Below are positions 38,421 to 53,082 of a stretch of DNA of 64,000 nucleotides, in pieces; position 1 is the first letter of the stretch; each line of letters opens with the position of its first letter. Position numbers and translations under genes: made by a program. The notes under the pieces are model-generated. The model was not told the DNA's origin, did no database searches, and saw only the letters and a program-made list of their open reading frames with translations. The stretch is taken from NCBI RefSeq assembly GCF_006345805.1, contig NC_043001.1, positions 53,754,001-53,818,000 on the forward strand. The letters are read 5' to 3'. Source of the DNA: Octopus sinensis (taxonomy: Eukaryota).

Positions 38421-41400
38421 TTGCATTATCTTCTTTGTAAAGTGATATATATTTTCGATTGGAGATAATAACATTTTTATTAAAAGAACGTCTTGAGACA
38501 TTCGGGCTGAAAATCATATCTTTAAAAAAATATTCCTATTACAACCGACTCTATAACAAAAATTTTTATGCAAGCCAACAAATGAGCCTTGAGGAGATCA
38601 TTAAATCATGCGGACAATAACAACAAAATCTTCATTTCCACCTCACATTCTTAAATGTGGAGCAGCCACAATTGGTATTATACGGGAATGTTTCTGCGTA
38701 TGTATCGATCTATCAATCTAGCCTCTTATCTCATTTACTCTCTCTCTCTCTCACACACACAAAACACACACACACACACACACAAAACACACACACACAC
38801 ACACACAATCTCACTCTCCATCTTTCCCTGTGAGCGTGCGTTTGTGAATGAGCGTGGTTGTCTGTTGAAAGCGTTACTCCTAAATCTAATTTCTCATGGA
38901 TATAGTCATCATTGAATAAAAAAAGACTTTCACTCGTTTGTCGTATATATCTAATCTAGTCTTATTCTTTCTGAGTAACGTCTCATTCTCACCATTCATT
39001 ATTGCCTACAAGAAAAATATTCTATTTCTTATGCATCTTGCAACAACCATGAAACACAAGATTCTTTCTAGATGGGCAGATTATACGTGTAGTAGAGAAA
39101 CCAAGAGCTATGTTGGTTATTGTAAGTGCCTTGGAAATGAACAACCATTAAGAGTTTGGTGCTGTCAAATATAAGTATGATTTGGGTGATGGTATATCTT
39201 TGAAATATGAAATTTTGAAAAAGACTGAAAGAGGAAAAAGCCCTGATCGAAAACTAAACAATATGGAAGCGATAGCTTGAGCTTAAATAACTTAGAATCT
39301 GTGTTTCTGGCACATGGATTAGTGAAAATTAAATAAAGATTTTTATCGGGGAAAAGATTGCATACTAGTAGATGGTTGCCAGCAGTGAGAAATTTGGACT
39401 GTATTTCATGAACATTGATGTTTATTACAGAACGAAATTACTATAGATTGACTAAAAATCGTTTTATAAATTGTTATAAGGAAAAGATTGATAGAGAAAC
39501 TATAACTTCCTTGTCACAGTGTATCCCTCTATCGAACAGTGTGAAAAATACTTATTGTTTCATCAGACATCCACGCGGTTATCGCGCTGGTTTATTTACA
39601 CAAATTCTATCGTCATATTTACATCAACTTGTTTATTCACCACATTTAAGGTAGAAGGGTAGAATTTGAAAACAATCTTTCTGCTAGTTATAATAAACCT
39701 AAAGACGATAAAGGTCCTTTTGGTAACACGGAACAGCCCTTATTCCATTCAAATCGAGTCCTTATTTTTTGCCGTTCCCATGAACAACAAAAATCTACAT
39801 TCGTACCAAAACATACAATATATGAGAAAATATAACATGCCCGCTCTATAATACTGCACCTATGATACATCTCCTGTCAAAGTGTACAATATAGCACTTA
39901 TCTTGGCGTAGACTTGTTATAACTGAAACAACAACTATATTTGATCACAGCTAATTATTTCACGAACTCTCTGAGTATTATAGAACTACTGTGATCAAAC
40001 TTCACTAGCGATTACAAACCACAATGGCAATTCGTATGATTAAGTAACAGTTTTCAAATTTTATAAACTATTCACACTGAAATCAATTTGAAGTGAAAAC
40101 CTGATCCTTATTCACATATTTGAGCAAGTGAACCGTTTGCTTGAGCGACTTCACTGGCAAGATTTCCTTCAAAGTTACTCCCGGGCAATCAGTGTAATCT
40201 GATTACACATTATCATCTGAAGAGATTAAAGCATCCAGTTTTCATATTCTTCTGTATAAACAAGAGGTCAGGGCCCAACCGCTTTCAATAAAGTGTACTT
40301 CACCAAAGACATCGAATGTCAATTGCTCTGTTAAGGTTGTTGGTATTTTAGGGGCTATTCCTGAGAAAATTTTAAAAAATGATGTAGACCTTCTTAATGA
40401 AAGGAACACTATGATGAAATTTTTGCGTTAGAGTATTCAGAGCTACTTGTTTGTAAATTGCATCAACCTTTAGAAGGAACCGATTCCAGAATGAGTTGCT
40501 ACCGTTTTCGCTGGAAGAAAACCAATGTCTATGAATGCGTTTCATTGTGCAATATTTGGAGTAATGGAATCTTAACAGATACAAGACACAGATTTGTAGG
40601 CAAATAGGAAGTGGAAGTGGAAGTGAGAAAAAGAAATTTGAATTAGAACTGTATCGGTTTGCAAGAGAAAGCAGAATTGGATGAGGAATCACCAAGATGA
40701 ATGACTGACCTCCGTTTTAATATGCTGATGGAGAAAAAGAAAGGGAGAAATGTAACAGGACAATTAGTTTTAGTCTTTGCTTGTTCAGTCTGCTAGATTA
40801 TTTTAGGCAGATGGATGAATGGAAAGCCCTTAGGTTACATGATGACTAGACGTGTCAAACGTGATGCATATTTTTTTCAAAATCTAATTTAAAATGTGAC
40901 ATCATCAACACATTTTCATTTTAACACGTTAACAATGACAATGCTTCAGCAGTACGACTCATACAAACTTGGCTCTTTGTAATGTTATGTTATATTTCAA
41001 TTAAGCCTTTTCAACTAAGTTCATAACTGAGGGCACTCTGTTTCACATATCATCTTGACAGTATTAGTTTTAAGCTATTTTTTTTTCTAGCAATGGACTT
41101 TATCTAATATTATTTTGTTTCTAAAGTTAATTGATATACTCTTCCTTTAGAATGCTTTGCTTGTTACGCATTTTATACGAATACATTTTTCTTATGCAAA
41201 TATGTCGATAACACATTCAAAGACAATGTATTTAGGCTGGGTCTCTATTATACTATATTATAACGTTAAATTTCTTTTTTCAGCATGAGGATTAATTAAT
41301 TTAACTATGGGTATTTCAAGACACCCAAAACCTCTTGAAAATAAAAATGAAAGCTTTGGTTTGCTATAACATTAGATGAAAACTCATTAAAGTTAGCGCT

Positions 41401-42420
41401 AAATAGAATATTTTTTAATGCAGATAGAATGCTTTTGTCACTTACTTAAATATATAGAAAGTGGATCAGAATAAGCATAGACATAAAAAGTAATACTCGA
41501 CTGTTACTTATGTTTAACGTTTCAAAAATGGGAAAATATTGTAAATCAAATTTAACTTGATTGTCAGTGATAAGTCTTTTTGTGAATCCTCAGTAGGGAG
41601 ACATTTTTAAAGACAATACATTGATTGTAAACTTGCACTAACTTCAACAACTTTAATTGGTGCAAGATTTATTGGCAGTGATCTAGAGCAGAGAACGTAA
41701 TTCTGTTTTTCAATCTAATATGATTGATGAGTTAAAAGCAAACAATATGCAAAGTGCAAACATTCTCGGGAAAACGAGTTTTAAAATTTGAAATTTAAAA
41801 GGAGAAAAATACAATGAATGACCAAGTGTTCTGCAACTATTGGATAGTTAAAGAATGAATATATATACATATATATATTATCAGCTGTTTTATTTCGATT
41901 GGATATGTCTCTTAAGAGAACATACACTGAATTTGTAAATCCTAGCGGGTGAATTTTCGGAAAATTCATATGGATAACTGTTTAAAAGTATCCATATTTA
42001 AGAGTCAATTGCGAAATACACAATCATAAATATAATGATTTTATCCTTAAATTGCCTTGAGGTCAAAACCAATTAAAACAGCATCTATATACTGAGTGTG
42101 AAATAAAACATTCTTATCAATATTATTTCAGGATCACTTGGAGTTACATTTAATGTTGCATGGCAAGCTAGATGTTTTATTACATAACTATATTTCTTTT
42201 AATTTAACGACCGACATTCTAGTTACGGAGTTCGATGAAATTGCAAGAGTAAATCTTTAGTGAATCAGACATAGTAAACAATACATAGTTTACTATATAT
42301 TTTACATATATTTAACATAATAAAAACTCAATGTGTGCAAAATTAAGCATTTGCTTGGACTAAATCAGATCAATTTAATATGAACTGTAGCTTATGTTTC
42401 TCAATATATGTGTATGTGTA

Positions 42421-42626
42421 AGGTAACAAGGTGGCTGAATCCATAGCATGCCGGTAAAAATGCTTAGCATTATTTCGTTCGTCATTACTTTCTGAGTTCA
42501 GATTCGGACGATGTCGACCTTGCCTTTCATACTTTCAGGGTCAATAAAATAAGTACCAGTTGAGCACTGAAGTCAATGTAATCAACTGTCCCGAAATTAA
42601 TGGGTTGTGCCAAAATTTGAAACTAA
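42421..42626 (+). mobile_element. Full-length family B tRNA-derived SINE (MetaSINE-like central domain)
   Basis: A-box tggctgaatcc, B-box gagttcagattc, central gcctttcatactttcagggtcaataaaataagtaccag, end gtgccaaaatttgaaac; superfamily label is inference. Confidence 0.85.
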
Positions 42627-44252
42627 TGTATGTGTGTGTAGTTATATATAAATGTGTGTTTTTGTGTATATGTGTATTTTAACATCTTGATATTGACGTT
42701 TAATATAATATATGTTACGTGAAATATGTTGCTATCCAGGAAAGAACAGAACACCCGATGTTAATTGCATCCATACGGCATCATTTTGTGGTGTACTAAA
42801 TCTACCAACATTATTATGTATCGCCGAGCCCCCGGAAATAGTTGTTGGACTTATAACACCTTTCTTCCACCTCTTTTTCTTTGTCGTTTGTATTCTTTGT
42901 AAGTTAGACCTATTAATATAAATACCTATATAGTTTACATAAAAATTCATCTTCTGAAAGTCTCCCCCTCTTTGCTTCCTCTCGTTTTGCATGAATACAT
43001 ATGTACTAATTTTGTAGTTGGTGTTTAATATATTTAATATATTTCATGTGTATAATCTGTGTATCCGCAAAATTGCCTCTATACCCGCTTAACGTGATCC
43101 TTTTTGTAGCCTTTCTTTACCTTGTGGAAGATTCCCAGCAAAGATATCAGAATCTAACCTTCAATCTTTTGAGCTTTAATAATGTCTTCTATACGGTGAA
43201 TCTCGGGAACTTATCTATAAGTATATGTAGGAAGAAACAGAATACATATTTAAAGGAGATAAAATTTTTAAATTAGCCCCATGTAAAATGGACCCCAGTA
43301 TCATTCAATATCCCACTTGATTAAGAGGAGGCTATCCCTAAAGTTTGGAATAAATAAGGTGGGTATACGAAAACATTGAATTTAAATAGGTTACTTTATA
43401 TAATGATTTGTTTTACGTAATCCATGATAACAGTTTTTTTCTGTGCACCATTAGCATTTTAAGTACATACAAATATTCTTTTAAAATGAAATATTCTGAT
43501 GAAATACGTTGTGGTTAGCTGAATGGTGGAGAAAGTTTCCTGCTCCTTCAAACAGAATTGAATGTCTAAAATATTGATTCCATGCAAACTAAAACAAAAA
43601 TATATATACATACTAAGTTATCATCAGATTTATTTTAGTTTGTAGTTCTAATGCCAACACGCAAACACATTGAAGCATACACTCCGGGGCATCCACACAA
43701 TCTCACACACGCGCCCTCACACACAAACAGATACACACACACACACACACTTACGCGTGCGCGCTCATATATATATATATATATATAATATCATATAGTT
43801 TATTAGTTAGAGATAAGTATTCTCTATATAGAAACATTCCACAGTGCTCAATAGATTTGAACTTGAGCAGGTAGGGGAGTAAATGTAAGTAAAAGCAAGT
43901 TAGTCAAGTTGATAAAACGAAAAATGTTTTAAATACATTTAATACAAAAATGTATATATGTATATATATAAAAGAAGTCCGATTAACACAGAATGAAAGC
44001 TATATCAGTAATTAAGGGTCTTGAGAAGGAGTTTCCGAGTCCATCAGCTGTTCCTGGTAATTTTGTGGTAAACGTCTTCCCTAAAGACGGAGGCTGGTGA
44101 TATCTGATTATGAAATCAAGTTACAAGTATTATCGGGGACCACTAATTCCCCAGAAACAGCTATTGGACTCGTAAAACTCCTACTCAAGCACCTTAATTG
44201 TGGGTGACACTACGACTCTTTCTACATGCATCAACACATTGTCGCAAAATGA

Positions 44253-44485
<233 letters not shown>

Positions 44486-44630
44486 ACACACACACGTTAT
44501 TAAGCAAGATAATCATTAAGTTAATGGGTAGTGAGAGTTGTCAGATTTGGTACGATTACAACTAAAATACTTTGTGATACTTGCAATAGTTCCTTGCGTT
44601 AGGAATTGTTCCTTGTTGATGCGAAATCCA

Positions 44631-44698
44631 AGAAGAAGAAGAAGAAGAAGAAGAAGAAGAAGAAGAAGAAGAAGAAGAAGAAGAAGAAGAGAAGAAGA

Positions 44699-44744
<46 letters not shown>

Positions 44745-44798
44745 AGAAGAAGAAGAAGAAGAAGAAGAAGAAGAAGAAGAAGAAGAAGAAGAAGAAGA
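44631..44798. repeat. (GAA)n microsatellite, ~165 bp
   Basis: Directly visible. Confidence 0.98.
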
Positions 44799-44799
44799 A

Positions 44800-45078
44800 A
44801 ACAAAACAAAAGCTATAAAGCAAATGAAATCAAAACTAAAACTAGAACAGCAACGGACCATGATAAAACGATGGCAAGAAAAGCCCCTTCATGGCAAGTA
44901 CTGGACTAAACTATATGCAAAAGAAATAGACAAATAAAAATCCCATCAATCGTTGAGAAGCTCAGGACTCAAAGCAGAGACAGGGATTTTTAATTGCAGC
45001 ACAAAACCAAAGCCTCCCCTCCAGAAATTACCAAAAACATGTAATGAAAAGAAATATAACAACTGCAGAATATGTGTA
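44800..45078 (+). mobile_element. R4/Dong-clade fragment (post-RT region)
   Basis: KRWQEKPLHGKYW...LRSSGLKAETG/FLIAAQNQSL..RNYQKH...CRIC. Confidence 0.85.
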
Positions 45079-45190
45079 AATCAGCCGAAACGTTGTGGTA
45101 ATAACATACTAGGTGAGGACATATATATCCGTCCAATGTAAGTAATGTAAATATTGTACAGAATTCCTCATCTCTAAAATATAGAACAGT
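45079..45190 (+). mobile_element. Truncated Penelope pLTR-like tail beginning at a hammerhead 3' half
   Basis: tcagccGAAACGTTgtg has the same GAAACGTT as 13473; the CUGANGA half is absent. Confidence 0.35.
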
Positions 45191-46015
45191 ATTATTATGG
45201 TATTCATTTGTATGTTACTGCTCTTTGGCTGCGCACAGTATTGACTGGGCACACGTATTATGAAAGGCATTCCAAGCATTTCCGTAGATCCGTTTTAGAG
45301 GGGATTTTTAACTACTTTATCTCATGTGTCGCTTTCATATTAGACGAGAAGGTTCACTTACCCTTAGATTAATAGCTCTTATTTTTAGCAGATCAAGACT
45401 TCATCCAGGAATTACCTCATTAGTTCATTCTTGAAATAGTTGATAGCCATGATGACGATATTAAAGATTATATCATATCAAAGATTTTGTGAAGATAATA
45501 TTTTAACTTTTATTTTTATTACCTTGATCTAACTATGCTAGTGATTTTGGCACGTCCGTTGATTATAATATTAGTGTAATCTTCTTAACTAGACCTGCTC
45601 TAGCAAACATCAAAGAGAATAATAGCATTACAACCCCTATGTGTTTGAGCTGCGTCATTAATTCCATTCATACAACAAATTCCATTATAAAAGTTTTACT
45701 TAATATTTTGATGTTTTGATGTTTTTGCATCTAGGTTGAGAAACACCGGAATTTTTCACATTAACAAAGTCATTGTTCATTTAAAATATTACTTTAACTT
45801 TTTCTACAACAATGTTATAGATAAAAGAGACAATTTAGTAGATAGGTAGAGATTTATTCGAAGCCATGTATTTTGAAGTTAGAATAACTTCCAACTTCCC
45901 TCAACAGATATTTAAACAATATTCTCCCGGAATTTTTTTTTTATCTAACAGCATTTTCATTTGTCACCATAACAATCGATCGTTGTCCACCATAATGCCG
46001 CACACTTTCACTCGA

Positions 46016-46089
46016 TATATATATATATATATACATATATATGTACATATATATATACATACATAAATACACACACACACACATATATA

Positions 46090-46152
<63 letters not shown>
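46016..46152. repeat. (TA)n/(CA)n microsatellite
   Basis: Directly visible. Confidence 0.95.
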
Positions 46153-46155
<3 letters not shown>

Positions 46156-46627
46156 CTGTCGCTGTAGCTCACCCTCGTTTTTCTGTCGTCCATTATTTCT
46201 CTATCTGTCTTTATATTTATATTCTTGTGTGCAGCATCCAATAAATAGCAATAACCTCTGTTTTTTTTTTCTTCGTTTGATTTACCGCCGTAATTAGTTC
46301 TTACAGGATTTACAAATGTTTTATTAGACAATGGTTTTGGTTCGGCATTGTTCAAATAATTTGTATAGCACTGGGATAAGGAGCTACCAAACATTCTACC
46401 TAACAACTCGCTATCGTTAATTGGTAATTTATAACCCCTCATATACAAGGCGAATAGCAATTACTGCTTTCATCACGCTGCGCTGGACCGTTTTCCTGTT
46501 TTCCTCCTGTGGCACCGCAAAACTCAAATTAACTTACATACGTCCGGTAATGGACTAACATATAATCGACAAGACAAATATTAGAGCAAATGACTTGCAT
46601 ACAAATATTTTACTGTGGCTTGTTAAT

Positions 46628-46663
46628 CATCGTCGTCATCATCATCATCATCATCATCATCAG

Positions 46664-46724
<61 letters not shown>

Positions 46725-46745
46725 TTCGTCGTCGTCATCATCACC
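46628..46745. repeat. (CAT)n microsatellite
   Basis: Directly visible. Confidence 0.97.
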
Positions 46746-47534
46746 GTTATCTCTTCGTCGTCGCCGTCGTTGTTGCCATTATCATCGTCAACATACTCGC
46801 TATCGAGCCCCAAATCAACAATATGTACCATCATTCTTAGTGTTATCACCATCAACTCTAACATCACTTGAATATATGATTTTTCGAGTCTCAATCCAAC
46901 GAAAGTGTATGCAGTCGTTTCATATGCGAGAAATAGAAATCCAGTCTATTCTTCATTGCTCACTAATGTTTTAAAGAACAGCAGCAACAATATCGTCATC
47001 ATTATTGCAACATCAGTATTGTACAAAGTTTGTGCTGCCAAAATCTTTGACTCTTTAGAGTTACTTATATCATTCACTGAACTTTTCTTTGGGGGGGGGG
47101 GATATATCTCTTAAATCATTCCATAATTTTTCACTATGATTAACTGTAGTACGACAAGACGGGACAGAAATGCATAGTTAAACTTCAATCCAAACAATAA
47201 ATATGATGCTATGCTTTGCATATTATAGCAGGTCACTTTGCAGTTGTCGTCCAGCGCCGTTTACTATGTCCTTTGCCAAACGTATCTTACGAGTATTCTT
47301 TCCTAGAGAAGTTTCGAAACTTTGTCACCTAACATATATATATTACTAAAAAAAAAAGATACCTATCTGCGTTCTTTTATGCGTTTTCAAGTTTAAATTT
47401 CGTAGAAACATAATTACTTCATGTTTGCATGTGTTTGTAGATATTCAGCGTCACTAACATTTCTATGTATGTAAAAGATGACTAAAAGTAATTTTGTCTA
47501 AAGACGGACTGTTTTCGTTTCTACACAAAATACG

Positions 47535-48185
47535 CAAACTTCCAAGCCCAGAGGAACTTGTCGGAGGCGCATTTACAGTTACAAGTCGAGGAAGAATGTT
47601 CGAAATTATTAACGGTAAATAATCATAAATGAATATATAAGTTCAATCGACTTTCTTTTGGCATAAATGTGGCACCTAGTATTTTCGAAAAGGTGATGGA
47701 CACGATGCTTGCAGATACGGATTTCGCTACAGCATATTTGGATAACATACTCATAAAAAGTGAGTCTAAAGGCCAGCTTGAGGAACATGTTAAAATTATT
47801 TTTGAGAAGATAAAGGAGTATGGATTCAAACTTAGCGAGGAAAAATGCGAATTTTTCATGCCAGAAATATAGTATCTTGGACACGTTATTGATAAAAATG
47901 GTCGCAAGCCAGATCCTTCAAGATCAACCGTAATAAAAAATATGACTAGCCCGAACAATATTACATTACAAGAGTTCTTAGGGCTCGTGAACTATTACCA
48001 AATATACATACCAAACATGCATGAGCTAAGAACACTCTTAACCAACCTATTGAAAAAAGGCGAAAAATGGTATTGATCATAGGAGTGTCAAAAAGCATTC
48101 GAAGAAATTCAAAAGTTTAAACATCAGAACTGTCATTATCGCACTTTGATTCAAATTTTGAAATCGTAGTACATCAGGTGCTACT
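47535..48185 (+). mobile_element. Gypsy/Ty3 LTR retrotransposon pol fragment (RT), inactive
   Basis: YKFNRLSFGINVAPSIFEKVMD...AYLDNILI (YLDD mutated)...EKCEF...YLGHVIDKNGRKPDP...FLGLVNYY; in-frame stops. Confidence 0.93.
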
Positions 48186-48199
48186 AATAATTGAATGCT

Positions 48200-49085
48200 G
48201 GATCAGGAGTGAACCCAGCAGAAGGGGATTTCGACAACGAATGAAAACAAAATAGAATGCGATAGGACTCTTCGAAACAAGTAAGCAATGGTTAGCCGAC
48301 CAGGCAAGAGAAATAAGAGCAAAAGGGTGGTTAACCGACATAGAAATAGAAGAGAGAAAAGGAAAGTAGAAAATAGAAATAATACTTCACCAACATATAT
48401 CATGCTCAATGAGAACAGAAAAATGAAAGGCAGCAGTGAAGATGTAGAACAAAGAGTAAATGTAAATGCATTCTCAGCAAATGAAGCAGAAGTAATAGGA
48501 AGAGGTATAACACAAAAATATGATGATGACCAACACGGCATAGTGAGGAGACCAAGATCAAGCAGCCTCACTTCAACCTGAAGTACACTGACCGCTGCAA
48601 GCTCAAGGTCGAAACAGAAAAGATAGATTCGGTTCTTGGACTATTCCAAACGAGAAATATAACTGAAACTAACACGATTGTTTAGGATGCAGCTAAGGTT
48701 GCTGCAGATAGATTTGGATACAAAATAAAACAACAAATAGAAAGTAAAGGACCATACTGGCGTAGACGAATTTGTGAGAAACAATGAATGTTGAAAATAT
48801 ATTTAGGGCAAGTTGCTAGATTGAGAAGAGGGGAATTGCAGAACCAATGCGTAAGAATAATGCAGGAAAGATCATATAGAATAAGAGATAAAGGTGATGA
48901 TGTGGTACTGGAAGAATAGAAACAAAGTTTAGTAGCAATCAAAGCAAAACTAGAAAAATATGACAATAGGAAAAGACTGTTCATGTAAGACAGAGGGTTT
49001 GAAATAAATCAAAAGAAGCTGTTTCAGGAACTAGATGGGCAAATACACGTAACAATGATACTAGATGCAGAAAAGAGCAATATCT
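48200..49085 (+). mobile_element. R4/Dong-clade fragment (region upstream of RT)
   Basis: NITETNTIV..AAKV; PYWRRRI; KQSLVAIKAKLEKY; FEINQKKLFQEL; multiple stops. Confidence 0.75.
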
Positions 49086-49099
49086 CTCATGCACTCCTC

Positions 49100-49112
49100 A
49101 TATGTATATATT

Positions 49113-49145
<33 letters not shown>

Positions 49146-49181
49146 TATATATATAATAGATATATAAATATATACACACAT

Positions 49182-49263
<82 letters not shown>

Positions 49264-49278
49264 ACACACACACACACA

Positions 49279-49333
<55 letters not shown>

Positions 49334-49350
49334 AACAGACACACATACAT
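49100..49350. repeat. (TA)n/(CA)n mixed microsatellite
   Basis: Directly visible. Confidence 0.95.
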
Positions 49351-49904
49351 ATATGCATGCCACATTCGCAGGAAACTGTTAACAGTAAATACTTAAGAAG
49401 TCATAAATTAAACGGTAAACTTAATCATATAATTATAGTAACAGAAATGTATATCTAAAACATACGCCAGCGCACGTAATGGAAAGACTCTTACCTCTTA
49501 TCTTCAATAGGAAAGGTGCTGTTTAGAAAACATAACCTTCTAAGGTTATTATCTGTATATATTCTAGAAGAGGGCGACTGGTATTAAATTAAGTAATGTT
49601 CAGACGACTTCTATTTATCTAAAGATAGAAGGTTAGTTTATATGAAAAAGTTCTAAGCCGAAGAATGAAATGGTGAAGAATAAGAAAAAACAGGCCGTAC
49701 ATAAGGGCTGAATTTACACTAAGATATAAGATGCTAAAACTGATACAAGAAAAAAGGAGGAACGGTTTATGGAAAAGTTTATTGGTGAATCAGTACAGAT
49801 AGGAAGAAGATGCACTAGAAATATAAGAAACGAATTGATACTAAGATATAAAAATGCTTATAAATGCATACACCGCACAGAAACAATTATTTAAGTCAAA
49901 CAAT

Positions 49905-49914
49905 GTATCTATCA

Positions 49915-49979
<65 letters not shown>

Positions 49980-50100
49980 CCTATCTATCTATATATCAGT
50001 CTATCAGTCTATCTAGTTATCTACCTATCTACCTATCTATCTATATATCTATCTATCTATCTATCTATATATATATATATATATATATATTCATCTATCT
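49905..50100. repeat. (CTAT)n microsatellite
   Basis: Directly visible. Confidence 0.96.
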
Positions 50101-51519
50101 ATTGATCTATAATTATATCCCTTTTTCTTCTATGTGAATCCCTTCACACAAACGCATATATAATTTATAACATGTGTGCGCGCACGTGTACATATTTCTG
50201 TTCGCTGAATCATAATCTAATCAGTTGAAGTCATTACAAGTAGCTCTTTAGTCCGGGATGCTATTTATCATTAACAGAAATGCGAGACATTTGCATAGCA
50301 CAAGTAAGTTCCTAGCTCCGCGTATTATGTTGCAAAATTTTAGATGTAAGTAAAAGTTCCAATATCATATTAATTTAAACAAAACCTTCATCATACCGGT
50401 AAAAGAGAGGCTGCTTCGTATGATAATCATGTTACTTTTCGTCTTTATCATGCGGAAAATAGTGTTTAATTTCCTTTTTACTTTACTTTTGGTCTTTTGA
50501 TAAAGAAACTGAATATGGATTTCCAATACAACCGTAATCATTTATGACTTTCTAACAGCAAAGGAAAAGAAAAAAAGGAAATGAAATTCAAAAAGCGTAG
50601 AGTTTTAGACTTTTTCTCTGTATACCTACTCAAGGTTTCTCCTCTTAGAACTTAAGAAGTTTAGAAAAGTTTCATTCCTTGTAAATGCGAATCACATGAT
50701 AAAATTTTCGTATGCATTGAAGTATTATATTTTCCACTTCAACAACACTTTTAGCCTATATTATCCTCCACAAAATAAATACCATGTTCGTGTATCAAAT
50801 GTAGGCAAATGTTTTACTTTCTATATTTCGACGAAAACAGGCCTCAAGAGTGACGAGTTTTTCTTGAGCAAATACGTACGTATCGAATGATATTTTCTAT
50901 TATTCTTGAATATTCACTCTTGTTTTTGTGGATAAAGTTGATACATAGATTTATGTAAAATAATATGAACAAATTTATAGATAGAATATTATATGAATGT
51001 TGACATAAATTCATGCAAATGTATATACAAATACACGAGTGGTGGGGAGAGAGGTGCACCGTGATAAGTGCTTGTTTATGTATATATAGAAAGACTGTAA
51101 AATAATACGTCGTATTCGGTAAAAAAAACAAAACACTCTACTTTCTTGTTTTCTGAAATAATTTGAAATGTTTCCTATGGTAAATAAACTACTTTCGGAG
51201 AAGTAATATGATTTATCATTTCAGTACACTGTGCCGCTGGGGCCAATGCGATTATTTATTCCTAACATATTTAAGACGAGTGTCAAAACATCTGCAAAGG
51301 GGTGATTTAAATAATAATTTATACGTTAATTTTAAATTGGGGTCATAATATTTATACGTATATTATGTAGTGTATACAACACACTATCAACATACATAGA
51401 AATTTCATATTTCACACGATTGATACGCGGATAGGAAATTTGACCTAGTTACCTGTATGTTTAATTAGGTTGTCCGCGAGTGAGTTATACCCAAGGATTG
51501 ATGTAGCAGCATTATAGTC

Positions 51520-52815
51520 AACTGTCCTAAAGGCAAAAGTGATGCCTGAAACGGAAATAATTACAGAGGCATCAAATTGCTGTACCAGGTGATAAAACTT
51601 ACAGAAAGGGTCATAGTTCAATTAATTAGAAAGAGAATTAGCCTACATCAGATGCCAGGTAGAAGCACAACTGATGCAACTGTATTTGGCGTTTGTTGAC
51701 ATGGAGAAAACCTTCGGCAAGGACTCCTTCACCCCTATCTAGTGAGCAATGCCGAAGCTAGGGATAGATGAGGGTTACTGAGAGTTGTAAAAGCCATGTA
51801 CATGGATGCTGTCAGTAAGATGAAATATGCCAAGGAGCATAGCAAGGAATTTAGTGTACAATTAGGGATCGGTTCTCAGTCACCTCTTATTTATCATAGC
51901 CCTCCAGGCTATTACAGAGGATTGGCTACTTTGGAGAATTCCTCTACACCGATGATCTTGTTCTTATCGCTGAATCACTACACGTACTAGGGAAGAAATT
52001 TCAGGTATAGAAGGCAAGACCTAGAATTAAAGGGCCTTGAGTTAATTTAGCCAAAGTCCTAATAAGTAGTAAAACAGAAACTAGCAGCTCCCTCCAGAGA
52101 CAGTGCCCTGTTTCATATGCATAAAATGTAGAAATTGTTGAGAAAAACTCCATACTCTACTCAGTGCAAGCTATGGACACATAAACGGTGCAGCGCTATC
52201 ACTGGAAGATTAATATAGAAAGATGTCTTTATATGTGGAAGATATGCAGGCACATTAAACACCAGACTCCCTCAAATATTAGTGGGGGGGGCTTTAAAAG
52301 TAGTTGACATTTTCCGTTACATGGATGACCAAGTTAGCAGTGTTGGAGGGTGTTCCAAAAGCACAGAATACTAACGAAGGACCTCTCGCTCAGAGTGAGC
52401 GGTAGATTGTAAGCACGAACAGCTATGCTACGTGGAAGTGAGACATAGGCTTTGACTGCTGAGGACATGCGAAACTTGAAAGAACTGTAGCCAGTCTGCT
52501 CCATTAGATAAGTAATGTCAGTGTGCATATACAAGAGTGTACATTTCAAAGCAAAACTGGGTAATCGAGGCATCGGATGTAGTGTGCAAGAGGGAAGACT
52601 CCGGTGGTAGGTCATGTAATGTGTATGAATGAAAACAGTTGCATCAGGAAGTGCCGAGCTCTACTTGTGTTAGGAAAGTGTGGAAGGGTTAGACCCAGGA
52701 AGATGTAGAACGAAGTGATAAAAAAGGATCTTCAAATGTTCGGCCTTACAGAGTGGAGGAGGGGGGACTGAGACTTCTGGCGGTTTGCTGTGCTTGAGAA
52801 GACACGACAAGCTAA
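51520..52815 (+). mobile_element. Decayed RTE-clade LINE (RT to 3' end)
   Basis: NYRGIKLL..VIKLTERVI, MPGRSTTDA, LAFVDMEK, LYTDDLVLIAES, AMLRGSET, GRVRPRK; frameshifted throughout. Confidence 0.85.
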
Positions 52816-52839
52816 GTTAATTCGTGGTCGTCCTTGCAT

Positions 52840-53082
52840 ATAGGCACATCCCCTATATCCCGCTTTAGTTGAGTGCTCGTGGGTGTGAGAATCATGTAAA
52901 ATGTGCCCGTATCGGTGGTGCATAAACCCAATCATTTTACAGAGTAAAGTGGTTAGCCTGAGGAAGAGCATCCAACCGCAGAAACCGTACCAAAACAGAC
53001 ACGGAGCCCATGCAGTTCTGCAGATGACCAGTTCTTGTCAAACCGCCAAGCTCAGGCCAGCATGGAGAATGGACGTGAAATG
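52840..53082 (+). mobile_element. RTE-associated SINE or 3' tail
   Basis: aggaagagcatccaaccgcagaaacc...cagcatggagaatggacgtgaaatgatgag followed by short tandem repeats. Confidence 0.55.

Noticed and set aside
40192-40208. gtgtaatc-t-gattacac inverted repeat
   Set aside because: An isolated 8-bp arm is close to chance expectation at this length and composition
39000-40860. Possible very old RTE C-terminal remnants (VRVFRATC near 40427)
   Set aside because: Only isolated short motifs; not supportable without a search
42720-43046. Possible solo LTR (tgaaatat...atatttca)
   Set aside because: The 8-bp inverted ends are AT-rich, and there is no target-site duplication or second copy
52459-52480. 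CTGAGGA...GAAAC hammerhead-like string
   Set aside because: Only 5 nt between the boxes, so no helix II; it lies in RTE coding remnant
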